A stretch of DNA of 64,000 nt, taken from Chloroflexota bacterium (lineage in GTDB: Bacteria > Chloroflexota > UBA11872 > VXOZ01). The notes below the pieces were generated by a model, which searched no databases, was not told the DNA's origin, and worked only from the letters and a program-made list of their open reading frames with translations. Positions 29,925-40,447 of this stretch are shown in pieces (the first letter of the stretch is position 1; each line of letters starts with the position of its first letter). The translations under genes and the position numbers were made by a program. Where the stretch lies: positions 1,792,001 to 1,856,000 of the forward strand of contig OY760183.1 in assembly GCA_963663275.1 (NCBI GenBank), in the 5' to 3' direction.

Positions 29925-30683
29925 TTAGAGCAAGCCCGCGGTCAGGCCGCCGTCGACGTGGATGACTTGGCCCGTGATATACGACGCGGCGTCGCCGGTG
30001 AGGTATGTTACCAGCGCGGCGATCTCCTCCGGCGTGCCCGCGCGCTTGATGGGCAGTTTCTGCATCAGGCGGTCCATCAGGTGCGGCGGAATGTCGTGGG
30101 TCAGGTCGGTGGGGATGTAGCCGGGGGCAATGGCGTTCACCGTGATGCCCCGGCTGCCCATCTCCACCGCCGTGGAGCGGGTGAGAGCGACCACGCCGGC
30201 CTTGGCGGCCGTGTAGTTCGCCTGGCCGGGGTTGCCGACCAGCCAGCCGACCGACGTAATGTTGACGATGCGGCCCCAACGCTGCGCCAGCATGGGACGC
30301 AGCGCGGCGCGGGTGCATAGGAACGCCCCCCGCAGGTTGGTATCCACCACCAGGTCCCAGTCTTCGTCGCGCATCTTGAGCACCAAGGTATCCTGGGTGA
30401 TGCCGGCGTTGTTTACCAGCACGTGGAGGTGGCCGAACGTCTCCAGAGTGCGCCCGACGACGGCCTTCACCGCTTCAGCGTCCCGCACGTCCCCGCTGAC
30501 GGCCAGCGCGCTGCCGCCCTGGTCTTGGACGTGGGCTACCGCCTCCAGCGCGGCTTCTTCGTTCACCTGGTAGTTGATCGCAATGTTCGCGCCCGCGGCG
30601 GCGAGGTGCAGCGCGATGGTGCGCCCGATGCCGCGCGAAGCGCCGGTCACGAGCGCGGTCTTGCCGGCGAGGTGTTGTTCCAT
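29925..30683 (-). CDS. fabG: 3-oxoacyl-ACP reductase (SDR family)
   Basis: TGASRGIG, NNAGIT.D, GNPGQANYTAAKAG, YITGQVIHVDGG. Confidence 0.85.
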   Translation of the reverse strand: MEQHLAGKTALVTGASRGIGRTIALHLAAAGANIAINYQVNEEAALEAVAHVQDQGGSALAVSGDVRDAEAVKAVVGRTLETFGHLHVLVNNAGITQDTLVLKMRDEDWDLVVDTNLRGAFLCTRAALRPMLAQRWGRIVNITSVGWLVGNPGQANYTAAKAGVVALTRSTAVEMGSRGITVNAIAPGYIPTDLTHDIPPHLMDRLMQKLPIKRAGTPEEIAALVTYLTGDAASYITGQVIHVDGGLTAGLL

Positions 30684-30840
30684 AGTCTCGCTGCGTTGTG
30701 AATGCGTACCATGCCGCTGGCGAGTAGCGCGCGGGTCGCGACGAGGTTGCGTCCGATGCACGGGCGCACCGCCATGCGCCGCGTCGTGCACGAAGTCCGT
30801 CTACGCCTGGCGGGCGCCCTGGCGGCCGCGCCGCCGGGCG

Positions 30841-31683
30841 TCACGTCTTCTGCGCGACCACTTGCAGCCAGTAGCGGGGCACCGTCTTCAGTTTCAACTC
30901 GCGTAGCGCTTCCCGGATGCCGTGCTTCAGCACCTCCGCGCCCACGTCCAGCGGCACGCTGGGCAAGACCCCTTCGATGAAGAGCGAATAGTCGCTGATG
31001 TCTTCCAGGCTCGCCTGGGTCATTTCGACCTGGCGGCATTCCAGGTGGGTGACGGTAAAGCCGCTCTCGCCCAGCAAGGCTTCATACTGTTCCGGAGAGA
31101 GCCAGCGCATGGCGGTGGTCTTGGCGTCTTTCACCACCTTGACGTTGGGGTATTCGCGCCGCATCTTCTGCACGGCGCGGACCACCCACAGGCGGTTGGC
31201 CTTCTGGGTGATCGGCAGGTACGCGCCGTCGAAGAAGGTAGTATTGAAGGCCACGACACCGCCGGGATTCAGCGACTTGCCAATTTCCCTGAAGACGGCG
31301 TGCTTATCCTCAATCAGGTGAATGGCGTTGCAGAAGAAGAGCGCGTCCGCGGACGAAACCAACTGGGAGACGTTCTCCGCGCTGCCATGGAGAAACTTGA
31401 CCATGGCGTTGGCGACGCTCTGCCGCGCTTTATCCAGCGCCAAGGGAGAAGGATCGATGCCGAGAATCTGCGCCTTTAGTCCGACACGCTGCACCTTGCC
31501 GAGGATGAGGCGGGTGATGGCGCCGGTGCCGCAGCCGAGATCGACGATGCGCCGCTGCACGTTCGGGTCGAGCCGCTCCAGGAAGCCCAGGGCGGATTCC
31601 ACCAGATGGGTGTTGGTCTCTCGATAGAACTCGTGCCGAGCGAACGGCTCGAAGGAGTAATCTGAACTATCTGTCGTAGCCAT
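30841..31683 (-). CDS. Class I SAM-dependent methyltransferase
   Basis: IVDLGCGTG, GIDPS, LNPGG. Confidence 0.88.
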   Translation of the reverse strand: MATTDSSDYSFEPFARHEFYRETNTHLVESALGFLERLDPNVQRRIVDLGCGTGAITRLILGKVQRVGLKAQILGIDPSPLALDKARQSVANAMVKFLHGSAENVSQLVSSADALFFCNAIHLIEDKHAVFREIGKSLNPGGVVAFNTTFFDGAYLPITQKANRLWVVRAVQKMRREYPNVKVVKDAKTTAMRWLSPEQYEALLGESGFTVTHLECRQVEMTQASLEDISDYSLFIEGVLPSVPLDVGAEVLKHGIREALRELKLKTVPRYWLQVVAQKT

Positions 31684-32016
31684 AGAAGACCTTCCTCTTT
31701 GCCGGCGCGTTCACTCGCGCTTTGCGGTCACGCGCCGCCCACGTCCTCGCGCAACCCGCGCCGCTAAGCGCACACAGGAGCATCATCCCCATTATACGGG
31801 TTTTAGCAAGCGCGGGTAGCCTGTCCGGCGTTAGCCCGCTACACCCGACGGAGGTATAAGCGAAACCTCGCAGAGAGGCGAGAAGTCTCCGCCGCGCGCG
31901 GCAGCCTGTCGCGGAACGCAGTGCTACAATAGGCGGAGAAGCGCCGCCGAGCGCGGTATAGAGGCAAGCGGCCCAGACGCCGCGTTTGCGGTCAATGTAC
32001 GGGAAGAGGTGAGCCC

Positions 32017-33204
32017 ATGAAGATTCGCGCGGTAGAGGCGGTACCGTTGGCGTGGCCGACGCCTCACGGCAAGGGCGAGCGAGTTTCGGACTACGGGCCG
32101 CACGACGAAGCCCACGCGGTCATTGTGCGCATAGAGACCGACGACGGGCTGGTGGGCCACGGGGAGGTGCATCCCGGCTATGGCTACACCCGGGGCGCGT
32201 GCCACTCGCTCAAGGCCATTGTGGAGCAAGAACTGGGGCCGGAAATCATTGGCGAAGACCCCACGCGGCCGGAGTACGTCTGGGAGAAGATGTACAACGG
32301 GCCGCGCCTGGGCATCGCGCTCACCTACGGCCAGAGCGCGCCGCGCATGGGCCGCCGGGGCGTGACGGTCTGTGCCATGGGCGGCATCGACATGGCGCTG
32401 TGGGACATCTTCGCCCGCTCGCTCGGCGCGCCGATCTATAAGGTGCTTGGCGGCGGCTATCGCTCCCGCCTGCCGACCTACGCCAGCGGCGGCCACGCGG
32501 CCGCGGACGGGGCCGGCGAGGAGGCGCTGGCGTATGTGGCGCGGGGCTTTCGCGCCGTGAAGATGCGGGTGGGCGCAATGGACGCGCCGCGCATTGTGCG
32601 GGACGGCATTGCGCGCATTCGCGCCGTGCGCGACGCGATCGGGCCGAACAGGCGGCTGATGCTCGACGCCCACGGTTCGCTCAACGAGTCACAGGCCATC
32701 CGTTTGGCGCAGGCGGCGGAGGAGTACGACATCGACTGGTTCGAGGAGCCGGTGAGCAGCGACAACTGGCGCGGCATGAGCCGCGTGCGGCAAGCTACGT
32801 CAATCCCCATTTCGACCGGAGAGAACGACTTCACCCACTTCGACTTTCGCGACATCATCGCGCGCGAGGCGGCGGACATTCTGCAACCGGACCTGGCGGT
32901 GGTCGGCGGCTTTACGGCGGCGCGGCGCATCGGCACGCTGGCCCACGCCGCCAACCTGCAAGTCGCGCCCCACATCTGGGGCTCGGCGCTGCTCTTCTAC
33001 GCCAGCTTGCAACTGGCGGCGGCCCTGCCCAATTGCCCGATTATCGAGTTTCGCCAGGGCGGCAATCCGCTCTTTACCGAACTGATAACGCCGCCGCCCG
33101 CGATCGACGGCGAGGGCTGCGTGACGATACCCGACAGCCCGGGCCTGGGCGTGGACATCGACCTGGAAGCGGCCAAGCGCAAGTTCCCGTTCGAGCGGGT
33201 GTAG
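32017..33204 (+). CDS. Mandelate racemase/muconate lactonizing enzyme family protein
   Basis: IDMALWDI, KMRVG, MLDAH, WFEEP, TGEN, APH, PGLG. Confidence 0.92.
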   Translation: MKIRAVEAVPLAWPTPHGKGERVSDYGPHDEAHAVIVRIETDDGLVGHGEVHPGYGYTRGACHSLKAIVEQELGPEIIGEDPTRPEYVWEKMYNGPRLGIALTYGQSAPRMGRRGVTVCAMGGIDMALWDIFARSLGAPIYKVLGGGYRSRLPTYASGGHAAADGAGEEALAYVARGFRAVKMRVGAMDAPRIVRDGIARIRAVRDAIGPNRRLMLDAHGSLNESQAIRLAQAAEEYDIDWFEEPVSSDNWRGMSRVRQATSIPISTGENDFTHFDFRDIIAREAADILQPDLAVVGGFTAARRIGTLAHAANLQVAPHIWGSALLFYASLQLAAALPNCPIIEFRQGGNPLFTELITPPPAIDGEGCVTIPDSPGLGVDIDLEAAKRKFPFERV

Positions 33205-33609
33205 GGCCGATTACATTAGCCTTGCGCCGGCATGAGGCCGCCGGGATTACACGCTCCCAGCGCGCGTCGTGTATCCTGTACGCGGGAAAGTCCCCTCTCC
33301 CTCGAGGGAGAGGGTTAGGGTGAGGGTGAATTCCCAATGATGTCGCGTTAAAGAGTAATGCATTCCACTGTCTCTCCAAATCTTGAGAAATCGACGAGCA
33401 TGCGCACAGCTGTTCGCCTTGAGCCTGTCGAAAGGTGAACGGCGGGTTGGTTGTAGCGCACTATACTACCCGTTCATACTTCGACAGGCTCAGCACGAAC
33501 GGGTAGTACAGTGCTCATCAGTTCTAAGCGACAACATTGGCGTGAATCCCCGCTATTCGGCACAATCAAGCAGGTTTGGCGAAAGCCTCACGAGAGGGAA
33601 GAAACAGCC

Positions 33610-35055
33610 TTGGCAACCTTAACGGGCACGATACACGACGCGGCTACCGGCAGCCGGCTGGCGGCAAAGGTCTCGGTGCAGGGCAGTCACGGCCTCTTCC
33701 TGGCGCCGGAAAACAGCCTGGAGACCGTCGGCACCACCAATCCGTTCTTCTATTGCGACGGCGCGTTCACGTTGGAGGGGCCGCGCGGCCAAGCGGACGT
33801 GCGCGTGGAGCGCGGCACGGAGTACGCGCCGCTGGAAATGACCGTAGACCTTCCTCCTAGCGGCGCGGTAAACCTGGAATTGCCGCTCCAACGCTGGATC
33901 AGCCTGCCGAAGCAGGGACTCTACCCCGGCAATACCCACATTCACTACCGGGAGTTCGAGACCCGGCCGGAAGAGCGCCTGCGCTTCGATTCCACGGTGG
34001 AAGACTTGACCGTCACCATCGTCAGCGTGCTCCAGCGTGAAGAGCTGGAATACGCTACCAACCGTCTTCCGGTGGGAGAGATGGAGCATCCCACCGCGCC
34101 GGGCCACGTGCTGGACGTGGGCGAAGAGACCCGCCACAATAGCGCGATGGGAGACATCGGCTACGGCCACGTGATGCTGGTGCGGCTGCAAGAACAGGTC
34201 GAGCCGCTCAGCCGGGGCGTGCTGGTGGACGAGTCCGCGCCCGACTACCCGCCGCTCATCGACGCCTGCGCCGCGGCCCAGGAGCAAGGCGGCGTGGCGA
34301 TCTGGTGCCACAACGGCCAGGGCATGGAAGCGCCCATCGCCGCCGGTCTGGGGCGGCTGGACGCGCTCAATCTCTTCGATCCCTACTGGCTGGACCCGGA
34401 GTACGACCTGTGGTACCACCTGCTCAATTGCGGCTTTCACCTGCCGGTGAGCACCGGCTCCGATTGGTTCGTGTGCTCGGCCAACCGGGTGTACGTGCAG
34501 CTTGAGGATTCATTCTCCTACGACACGTGGCTCAAAGGACTGAAAAGCGGGGCCACGTTTATCACCAACGGCCCGTCGCTAGCTTTGCGCGTGGCCGGCC
34601 AGTTGCCGGGCGCGGTGGTGGACTTGCGCGCGAGCCGGCGCAAGCAGGTGAACGCCTTCGTCCGCTGGCAAGCCCTGCGGCCGGTGCAGCGCATCGAGCT
34701 TGTCTGCAACGGGGAGGTGGTGGCGCGCGAGGAGTATAGCGAGGGTCTGCGCGAAGGCGTGCTGCGTGCCCGCCTGGCGGTGCCCAACGATAGCTGGATT
34801 GCGGCGCGCTGCTGGGGACGCCAACGCGATAGTTACGGCCACTCTCAATGGGCGCACACCAGCCCGGTCTACGTGGAAGCGGGCGGCCCGAACCCGGCGG
34901 CGCGGGCTTCCGGCGAGTTCTTCGTGGAGGAGATCGAGCGGGCCATCGAGTGGATTACGACCAAGGGCCGCTTCGAGCACGACGACCACCGGCAACGCAT
35001 GGTGGAGATCTTCAACGCCGGCCGGGAACAGTACGAGCGCCTGGCGCGGGGCTAA
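33610..35055 (+). CDS. CehA/McbA-like PHP metallohydrolase
   Basis: VERGTEY, GNTHIH, EETRH, WCH, WYHLLNCGF...TGSD, FITNGP, AHTSPVYV; TTG start after GAGGG. Confidence 0.8.
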   Translation: MATLTGTIHDAATGSRLAAKVSVQGSHGLFLAPENSLETVGTTNPFFYCDGAFTLEGPRGQADVRVERGTEYAPLEMTVDLPPSGAVNLELPLQRWISLPKQGLYPGNTHIHYREFETRPEERLRFDSTVEDLTVTIVSVLQREELEYATNRLPVGEMEHPTAPGHVLDVGEETRHNSAMGDIGYGHVMLVRLQEQVEPLSRGVLVDESAPDYPPLIDACAAAQEQGGVAIWCHNGQGMEAPIAAGLGRLDALNLFDPYWLDPEYDLWYHLLNCGFHLPVSTGSDWFVCSANRVYVQLEDSFSYDTWLKGLKSGATFITNGPSLALRVAGQLPGAVVDLRASRRKQVNAFVRWQALRPVQRIELVCNGEVVAREEYSEGLREGVLRARLAVPNDSWIAARCWGRQRDSYGHSQWAHTSPVYVEAGGPNPAARASGEFFVEEIERAIEWITTKGRFEHDDHRQRMVEIFNAGREQYERLARG

Positions 35056-35189
35056 GAGTTTCGGGATTGGCGTGGTGGTTATCGTTTTTCCGGTGAAGAG
35101 CCTGCGTCCGTGAGTCCAGCCCGGGGGGCGGTATCCTGCGAGCCGGGTGCGGCGCCGTTCAGCAGGTTGCGCAAGCCTCCTACCCCAGC

Positions 35190-35247
35190 GTAGACGCAAA
35201 AGGTGTAGGGGCACGACATGTCGTGCCCCTACACCTTTTGCGTCTAC
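35190..35247. repeat. Perfect 58-bp palindrome centred on GTAGGGGCACGACATGTCGTGCCCCTAC
   Basis: 29-bp arms are exact reverse complements with no loop. Confidence 0.95.
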
Positions 35248-35327
35248 ATTGCCCCCTCACCCCGGCCCTCTCCCCAGGGAGAGGGAGTCCATCGCGCTTG
35301 GTTGGGGTGCGCGTCTGCGGTTCTGGC

Positions 35328-36317
35328 CTAGAGCGCCAGTGTGCGGCCTTGGCGGGCGGCTTCGCGGGCGATGAGCACGGCGCGGGTCGAGTCAAGCGCG
35401 TCCTGGGCGGTTGCGATGGTGGGTGTTTGACCCCGGATGCGGCGCACGAGGTCTTGGCCGCTGGAATCCGGACGGTTGCGGCCAAATTGCACGTGCACGC
35501 GCGGTTCGTCGTGCCGCCAGTAGAGCAGGTCGCTGAAGTGCAGGCTGCGCACCTCAGCCGCGCCTTCCGTGCCGGTGAGGAAGAAGCGGCAATCCCACGG
35601 CGTGTTGCGGGGCGTGAGCCAGTCGGCCTCGATGGTGGCAATAATGCCGGAATCCAGCGCAAACATGGCGTGCGCCACGTCGTTGAAACCCGGATATTGC
35701 AGCCAGCGGCGCTGCACGTGGTGCGCCGTCACCGACTGCACGCTGGCGCCGGAATACCAGCGCGCCAGGTCGATGTCGTGAATCATGAGATCGACGATAA
35801 TCCCGCCCTCTTTGCTTTCCTCCAGCATCCACGGCTCGCGCTCGGCCAGGGCGAACTCGTGGGGCCGCGTGGCGACGCAACCGGCAATTTCGCCCAGGAA
35901 ACCGGCATCCACGAGCTCTTTGAGGCGCGCGAACGGCGGGCCGAAGCGTTCGGTGACCATCATCTGCAACTCGGACGCGCTCGACCGCAGCGCTTCCTCA
36001 ACGCGGGCCAGGTCTTCCAGTTCGATGACCATCGGCTTGTCCACCAGCACGTGCACGTTGCGCTCCAGGCATGACAGGATCGCCCCGGCCTTTTCATGGT
36101 GGGCGTTGCAGATGGTGGCGAGGTCGGGCCGCAACGCGTCCAGCATCTCGTCGTGGTCGGCGTAGATGGGCACGCTGTACTGCTGGGCGACTTCGGCGCG
36201 CCGCTGCGGGTCGCTTTCGGCGATGCCGACGAGTTCCGTGTCACCGGCGGCGAGGATTTCCTGAATCGCGCCGGGGCCGTGAATGTGGATGCCGATTGCG
36301 GCAAAACGCAGTTGCAT
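35328..36317 (-). CDS. Gfo/Idh/MocA family oxidoreductase
   Basis: HVLVDKP, GGIIVDLMIHDID. Confidence 0.9.
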   Translation of the reverse strand: MQLRFAAIGIHIHGPGAIQEILAAGDTELVGIAESDPQRRAEVAQQYSVPIYADHDEMLDALRPDLATICNAHHEKAGAILSCLERNVHVLVDKPMVIELEDLARVEEALRSSASELQMMVTERFGPPFARLKELVDAGFLGEIAGCVATRPHEFALAEREPWMLEESKEGGIIVDLMIHDIDLARWYSGASVQSVTAHHVQRRWLQYPGFNDVAHAMFALDSGIIATIEADWLTPRNTPWDCRFFLTGTEGAAEVRSLHFSDLLYWRHDEPRVHVQFGRNRPDSSGQDLVRRIRGQTPTIATAQDALDSTRAVLIAREAARQGRTLAL

Positions 36318-36388
36318 GGTCAGTCTCCTCGGAGCGGGGGACAAGCCCCCGCGCTACGTGTCGTGCGGGCGGCGCAGAGACCGCAAAT

Positions 36389-37471
36389 TTACAATACCGG
36401 CGGCGTGCGGGGCGTGATCGCCCGTCTCTCCCTTATCGACTCATACGCCGCTTCTACCAAATACAACGTCCGCAGATTGTCGGCACCGCTGTTCATGGGT
36501 TCGCGGTCTTCGTGGATGGCGGCGAAGAGTTCGGCCATGGGGCCTACCATGGCGTCCGGTATCCACTTGCCCCGCAATTCCGGGGTGATCCAATCTTCAC
36601 CATACCGGTGGCTGCGATAAGAGAGTGTATCCTCCCGCCCATAGGGGAAGTTGTAGAAGACGCCGAGTTCGCCTTTGGCCACGCCGGCCGTGCCTTCGAA
36701 GCGGTAGGTGGCGTGGGTGTCGTCGTCCCAGACGCCGGCGTGGTTCAGCAGCAGGCCGCGCGCGCCGCCGGGCCAGGCCAACGTGATTACCGCCGAGGTC
36801 TCGCCCTTGATGCGTTCGTCGCCGGCGTGGAAGCCATCGGCGAAGAGCCACGCCGGTTCGCCCAGGATGAAGCGCACGACGTCCAGGAAGTGAATGGCGT
36901 CCTCGACAATGAGCACGCGGGGGCGGTTCCAAAGCCACGGCCACAACTCCCAGCGCAACGGGCCGACCCGATCGATCTGCGCGTAGGTCAGGTCGCCCAG
37001 GTCGCCGCGCTCCTTCAGGGCGTAGACGGAGCGGAAGGCCTGGTCCCAGCGGCCGTTCTGGTTCACCGCCAGGCGCACACCGGCCTTGGCGGCGTCCCGC
37101 ACCATAGATTCCGCCTTGGCAATGTCATAGGTAAGGGGCTTCTGGCAGAGCACGTGCTTGCCGGCGGCGATGGCGGCATCCACGAGCGGCGGATGGCTGA
37201 TGGTGGGCGTGGCAATGTCCACCACGTCAACCAGAGGCGAGTCCAGGAGCGCCTCCAGGGAAGGAAAGGCCGTCGTGCCAAAGTCCGCCGCCAGCGACTC
37301 CGCTTTCGCGGCGTCTTCATCATAGATGCCCGCCACGCTGAAGCCAGCGCTGCGATACGCCGGCAGATGCCCGGCGCGCGCGATGCTGCCCGCGCCCACC
37401 ACGCCGATGCCGTAGTCGCGCTTGGGCGGGAGATGGGGCCGGTAGTCGAGCGGCTCAGGCGCAAGAGTCAT
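36389..37471 (-). CDS. Gfo/Idh/MocA family oxidoreductase
   Basis: GVVGAGSIA, GKHVLCQKP, NQNGRW, IHFLD. Confidence 0.92.
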   Translation of the reverse strand: MTLAPEPLDYRPHLPPKRDYGIGVVGAGSIARAGHLPAYRSAGFSVAGIYDEDAAKAESLAADFGTTAFPSLEALLDSPLVDVVDIATPTISHPPLVDAAIAAGKHVLCQKPLTYDIAKAESMVRDAAKAGVRLAVNQNGRWDQAFRSVYALKERGDLGDLTYAQIDRVGPLRWELWPWLWNRPRVLIVEDAIHFLDVVRFILGEPAWLFADGFHAGDERIKGETSAVITLAWPGGARGLLLNHAGVWDDDTHATYRFEGTAGVAKGELGVFYNFPYGREDTLSYRSHRYGEDWITPELRGKWIPDAMVGPMAELFAAIHEDREPMNSGADNLRTLYLVEAAYESIRERRAITPRTPPVL

Positions 37472-37536
37472 GGCGTTGTCCTTTGGAGGCAATCATGTTG
37501 TTTTCTGGGTGGCTGCGCGCCTGCGGCGCGGCGTTG

Positions 37537-37717
37537 GCGCAGGTTACAAACCAACGCTACCGGAGTTGACGCTGCAAGCCCGCGCTGCCGCGCGGCGGTG
37601 TGCAGGTTACAAACCTACGCTACCGGAGTTGGCGCTGCAAGCCCGCGCCGTCAGCAGGCGGTGCGCAGGTTACAAACCTACGCTACCGGAGTTGACGTAG
37701 CAATCCTCCGCTACCGG
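37537..37717. repeat. Three 63-bp tandem units, each containing a family B REP
   Basis: G(C/T)GCAGGTTACAAACC(A/T)ACGCTACCGGAGTTG at 37537, 37600, 37663. Confidence 0.9.
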
Positions 37718-37765
37718 CAGACGGCGCTGCGGACTGCGCGACCGGTCAACTGCATTCCGTGTCAA

Positions 37766-38980
37766 TTATAGCCAGTGGGCGAACGGCCACAAGGTTGCCG
37801 ACCGGGTGAACGGCGCGTCGAGCAGGGCATCCGTTTCCGTAATGGGATCGTGGCCGTAGCGGCGCAGGAACTCCGCCTCGATTTTTTCCTCCAGCGCCGT
37901 CGGTTCCGTCAAGGGCAAGTCAACCCACGTGTTGCCGCGGTCCGCGCTCTCCCGCACCGCCAGGCAGAGTTCGTAGTCCCGCAGCCCGTTTTCCACGCCG
38001 TACCGGGGCTGGCCGCCGGCTGTGATCGCATGGTGGAAACTTGTCAGAATGTCCGCCTTGGAAACATCGTCAGGCGAGCCGATGCCGTAATCCAGGTATG
38101 GATTCCGCCACACCACCGGCGGGTCGGTGGCGACGGAGAGTGAACCGAGCACTCTCTCGCCGTTTTGCTCCGTATAGCGCTCCTCAATGGGATAGGCCTG
38201 AGACCGGCCATCCGCGTATTGCGCGAATACGTCGCGGTCGAGATTCCCCTTCGTGCCTTCGATCTGCCAGCCCACAGGAAAAGGGAGATGCGGAAAGACG
38301 CGCGGCGGCTTCTCAAAGAGGCACGCCACGCCGTTGGCAAACTCGATAACGCCGGAGTCCCACTTGAGCGAGCGTTCCGTCTCGCCGCCGTAGGCCGTAT
38401 ACGGTTCGGTCGGCACTTCGCCGCAGTAGCCAAGCAAACGAGTAGCCGGGGAGCCAACCAGGGCGCGAATGCCACTGAAACCGTGGTATTGGCCGGTCTG
38501 GTACCAGAGGCGGGCGTGGGTGACTTCGCCGAGCAGGCCGGCGCCGATGATCTGCCGTTTGAGGCGCTCCCTGGGCCAGAGCCAGACTTGCTCCGCCACC
38601 TCCCAGAGCACGCCGTTCTCGCGGCAGGTCGCGGCAATTGCGTGGGCGTGCCGCCGCGTGAGCGCCACCGGGATTTCCGTGATAACGTGGCAGCCGCGGC
38701 GGGCGGCGGTGAGCGCCATGACGATATGAGAGTCTTTCGGGGCAAGGCTGAGCACGACGTCCGGCTGCTCGTCAGCGAAGAGAGAGCGCGCGTCGGCATA
38801 TTGACCGGGAATGCCGTACTGCGCCCCCACCTGCGCCAGCACGTCGGCGTTGCGGTCGCAGACGGCGGCCAGTTCGTAATGGTCGGTGAGGCGCGCAATC
38901 GTCGCCAGGAAGTGCCGCGCCCGCGAGCCGGGGTCCGCGCCGACGCCGATAACGGCAATGCGGAGTTTCTTCATTGTCAC
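37766..38980 (-). CDS. Gfo/Idh/MocA family oxidoreductase
   Basis: LRIAVIGVG, HVITEIP, VAEQ. Confidence 0.8.
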   Translation of the reverse strand: MTMKKLRIAVIGVGADPGSRARHFLATIARLTDHYELAAVCDRNADVLAQVGAQYGIPGQYADARSLFADEQPDVVLSLAPKDSHIVMALTAARRGCHVITEIPVALTRRHAHAIAATCRENGVLWEVAEQVWLWPRERLKRQIIGAGLLGEVTHARLWYQTGQYHGFSGIRALVGSPATRLLGYCGEVPTEPYTAYGGETERSLKWDSGVIEFANGVACLFEKPPRVFPHLPFPVGWQIEGTKGNLDRDVFAQYADGRSQAYPIEERYTEQNGERVLGSLSVATDPPVVWRNPYLDYGIGSPDDVSKADILTSFHHAITAGGQPRYGVENGLRDYELCLAVRESADRGNTWVDLPLTEPTALEEKIEAEFLRRYGHDPITETDALLDAPFTRSATLWPFAHWL

Positions 38981-39903
38981 GCGCCGCCAGTCTCGTTCAG
39001 GAAGGTCTCAAAGAGCGCCAGCGGCTGCGAGAGGCTCTCGTCGAGTGCCGTGACGACCAGCCGCGCCCGCGCCGTGCGTGCGACGCCCGGCTCCAACGCG
39101 CCGCCAAAGAGCGAGAGGTAGAGCGGATTGTGCTTGTGAAAGCGGTCCCGCGCGTCGGGGCTGTCGTAGCCGCTGGAAACCGCGAAGCAATCCTCAGGGC
39201 GCGACATGAGCACGGCGGCCACGCGCTGCTGGCGGTCGGCCTGGAAGCAGACGGGGACCTTGTAGCGCCGCACCGGGGAGAAGCGGGCAATGTCCCGCCA
39301 GCGCCCGTCCACGCTGACGCCGACAGCGTCCTCATCGCGGGGATAGACCAGGACGCCGCCGCGAAAGACAGGATTGACGTTCACCGGCGTCAGTTCCGGC
39401 TCATCGCCAAAGCGGCCCGGTTCGTCCTCTAACTCAAAGCGGTCCCGCGCCAGGTAGACGTGCGGCACGTGGGCCGGATCGAAGTAGCAGGCGAGCAAGG
39501 CCTCGAAGTCGCGCGCCTCCCCGTTGGGCGTGACGGTAACGGTCATGTCGATCGTGGCCGGTTCCAGGATTGCGTAGCGAATGGACACCACAGGATGCGC
39601 GGGGTCTTGCAGCGCCCAGCGCAGCGTAACACTGTTGGCGTCGGCTGCTACGTCGCGCTCGCCCTGGCGGGGATTGCCGAGGTCGCTGTCCATGCCGGTA
39701 GCCCCGGACGCCGCCCGGTGCATGAAGCGGTACAGGTTGAGAATGGCGTAGAGCGGATGGACAAACTCCACGCCGGTGGCCTTGTGCACCAAATGCGTCA
39801 GCCCGTGATGGGGAAACTCGTTGCCCGGGCGCAGGGCGCCCTGTATCTCAGCCGTCTCGAACGCATAGACCTTTTCATCCGGACGGTAATCCAGGTCAGC
39901 CAT
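38977..39903 (-). CDS. Hypothetical protein (possibly beta-sandwich/mutarotase-like)
   Basis: 308-aa ORF with host-like codon usage, 4-bp overlap with downstream gene; fold guess is weak. Confidence 0.6.
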   Translation of the reverse strand: MADLDYRPDEKVYAFETAEIQGALRPGNEFPHHGLTHLVHKATGVEFVHPLYAILNLYRFMHRAASGATGMDSDLGNPRQGERDVAADANSVTLRWALQDPAHPVVSIRYAILEPATIDMTVTVTPNGEARDFEALLACYFDPAHVPHVYLARDRFELEDEPGRFGDEPELTPVNVNPVFRGGVLVYPRDEDAVGVSVDGRWRDIARFSPVRRYKVPVCFQADRQQRVAAVLMSRPEDCFAVSSGYDSPDARDRFHKHNPLYLSLFGGALEPGVARTARARLVVTALDESLSQPLALFETFLNETGGA

Positions 39904-40228
39904 CTACTCGCCGTTCCTTTCGTGTCATTGGTGCTGAAACGGGTGATCCGCTTACGCCGTAGTGTGCCTCATACCCGCAATCACGCGCGCGACGATACTC
40001 CTTCCCTGCGCAGGCGGGGCACGCCACGGGAGAGCGTAAGGCGCAGCGAAGGCGCACGCGAGCGAACACGGATAGGGCCGCACCGCGATCGGCGCGGCCT
40101 CACCCGCTCGATGCGCATTAGCTGTAGCGTCAGAGGCTACGGCTCACCGGCCGCAGCCTCTGACGTTTCTCCTACAGTGCGTCGTGTGCTAGGCCAAGCG
40201 CCGCGTTAGCGTGCACTACGCCGCTTAT

Positions 40229-40356
40229 GAGACCTTTGCGTCACTCTACCGGACAGTGCGAATTGGGTACGATCGGCGCCGGCTTTCCCCTCACCCTAAC
40301 CCTCTCCCTGTGGGAGAGGGGACTTTCGCCTCTCAGTGAATTTTCGCAAAGGTCTC
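40229..40356. mobile_element. MITE-like element with GAGACCTTTGCG inverted ends enclosing a family C hairpin
   Basis: GAGACCTTTGCG at 40229 and CGCAAAGGTCTC ending 40356. Confidence 0.65.
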
Positions 40357-40447
40357 CCCAGGGAGAGGGAGTTTATTCGCCTACCGGCCTGGTTATGCAA
40401 AGCTCCCCCTGGTTACGCAAAGCTCCCCTTGGATACGCAAAGTTACC

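Noticed and set aside
37537-37717. CRISPR array
   Set aside because: Only three units with related spacers; the repeat is REP family B found across the window
39904-40228. ncRNA or riboswitch in the long intergenic region
   Set aside because: Only a GTAG-started hairpin (CGTCAGAGGCT...AGCCTCTGACG) is evident, better explained as another REP-like repeat; no known RNA motif recognised
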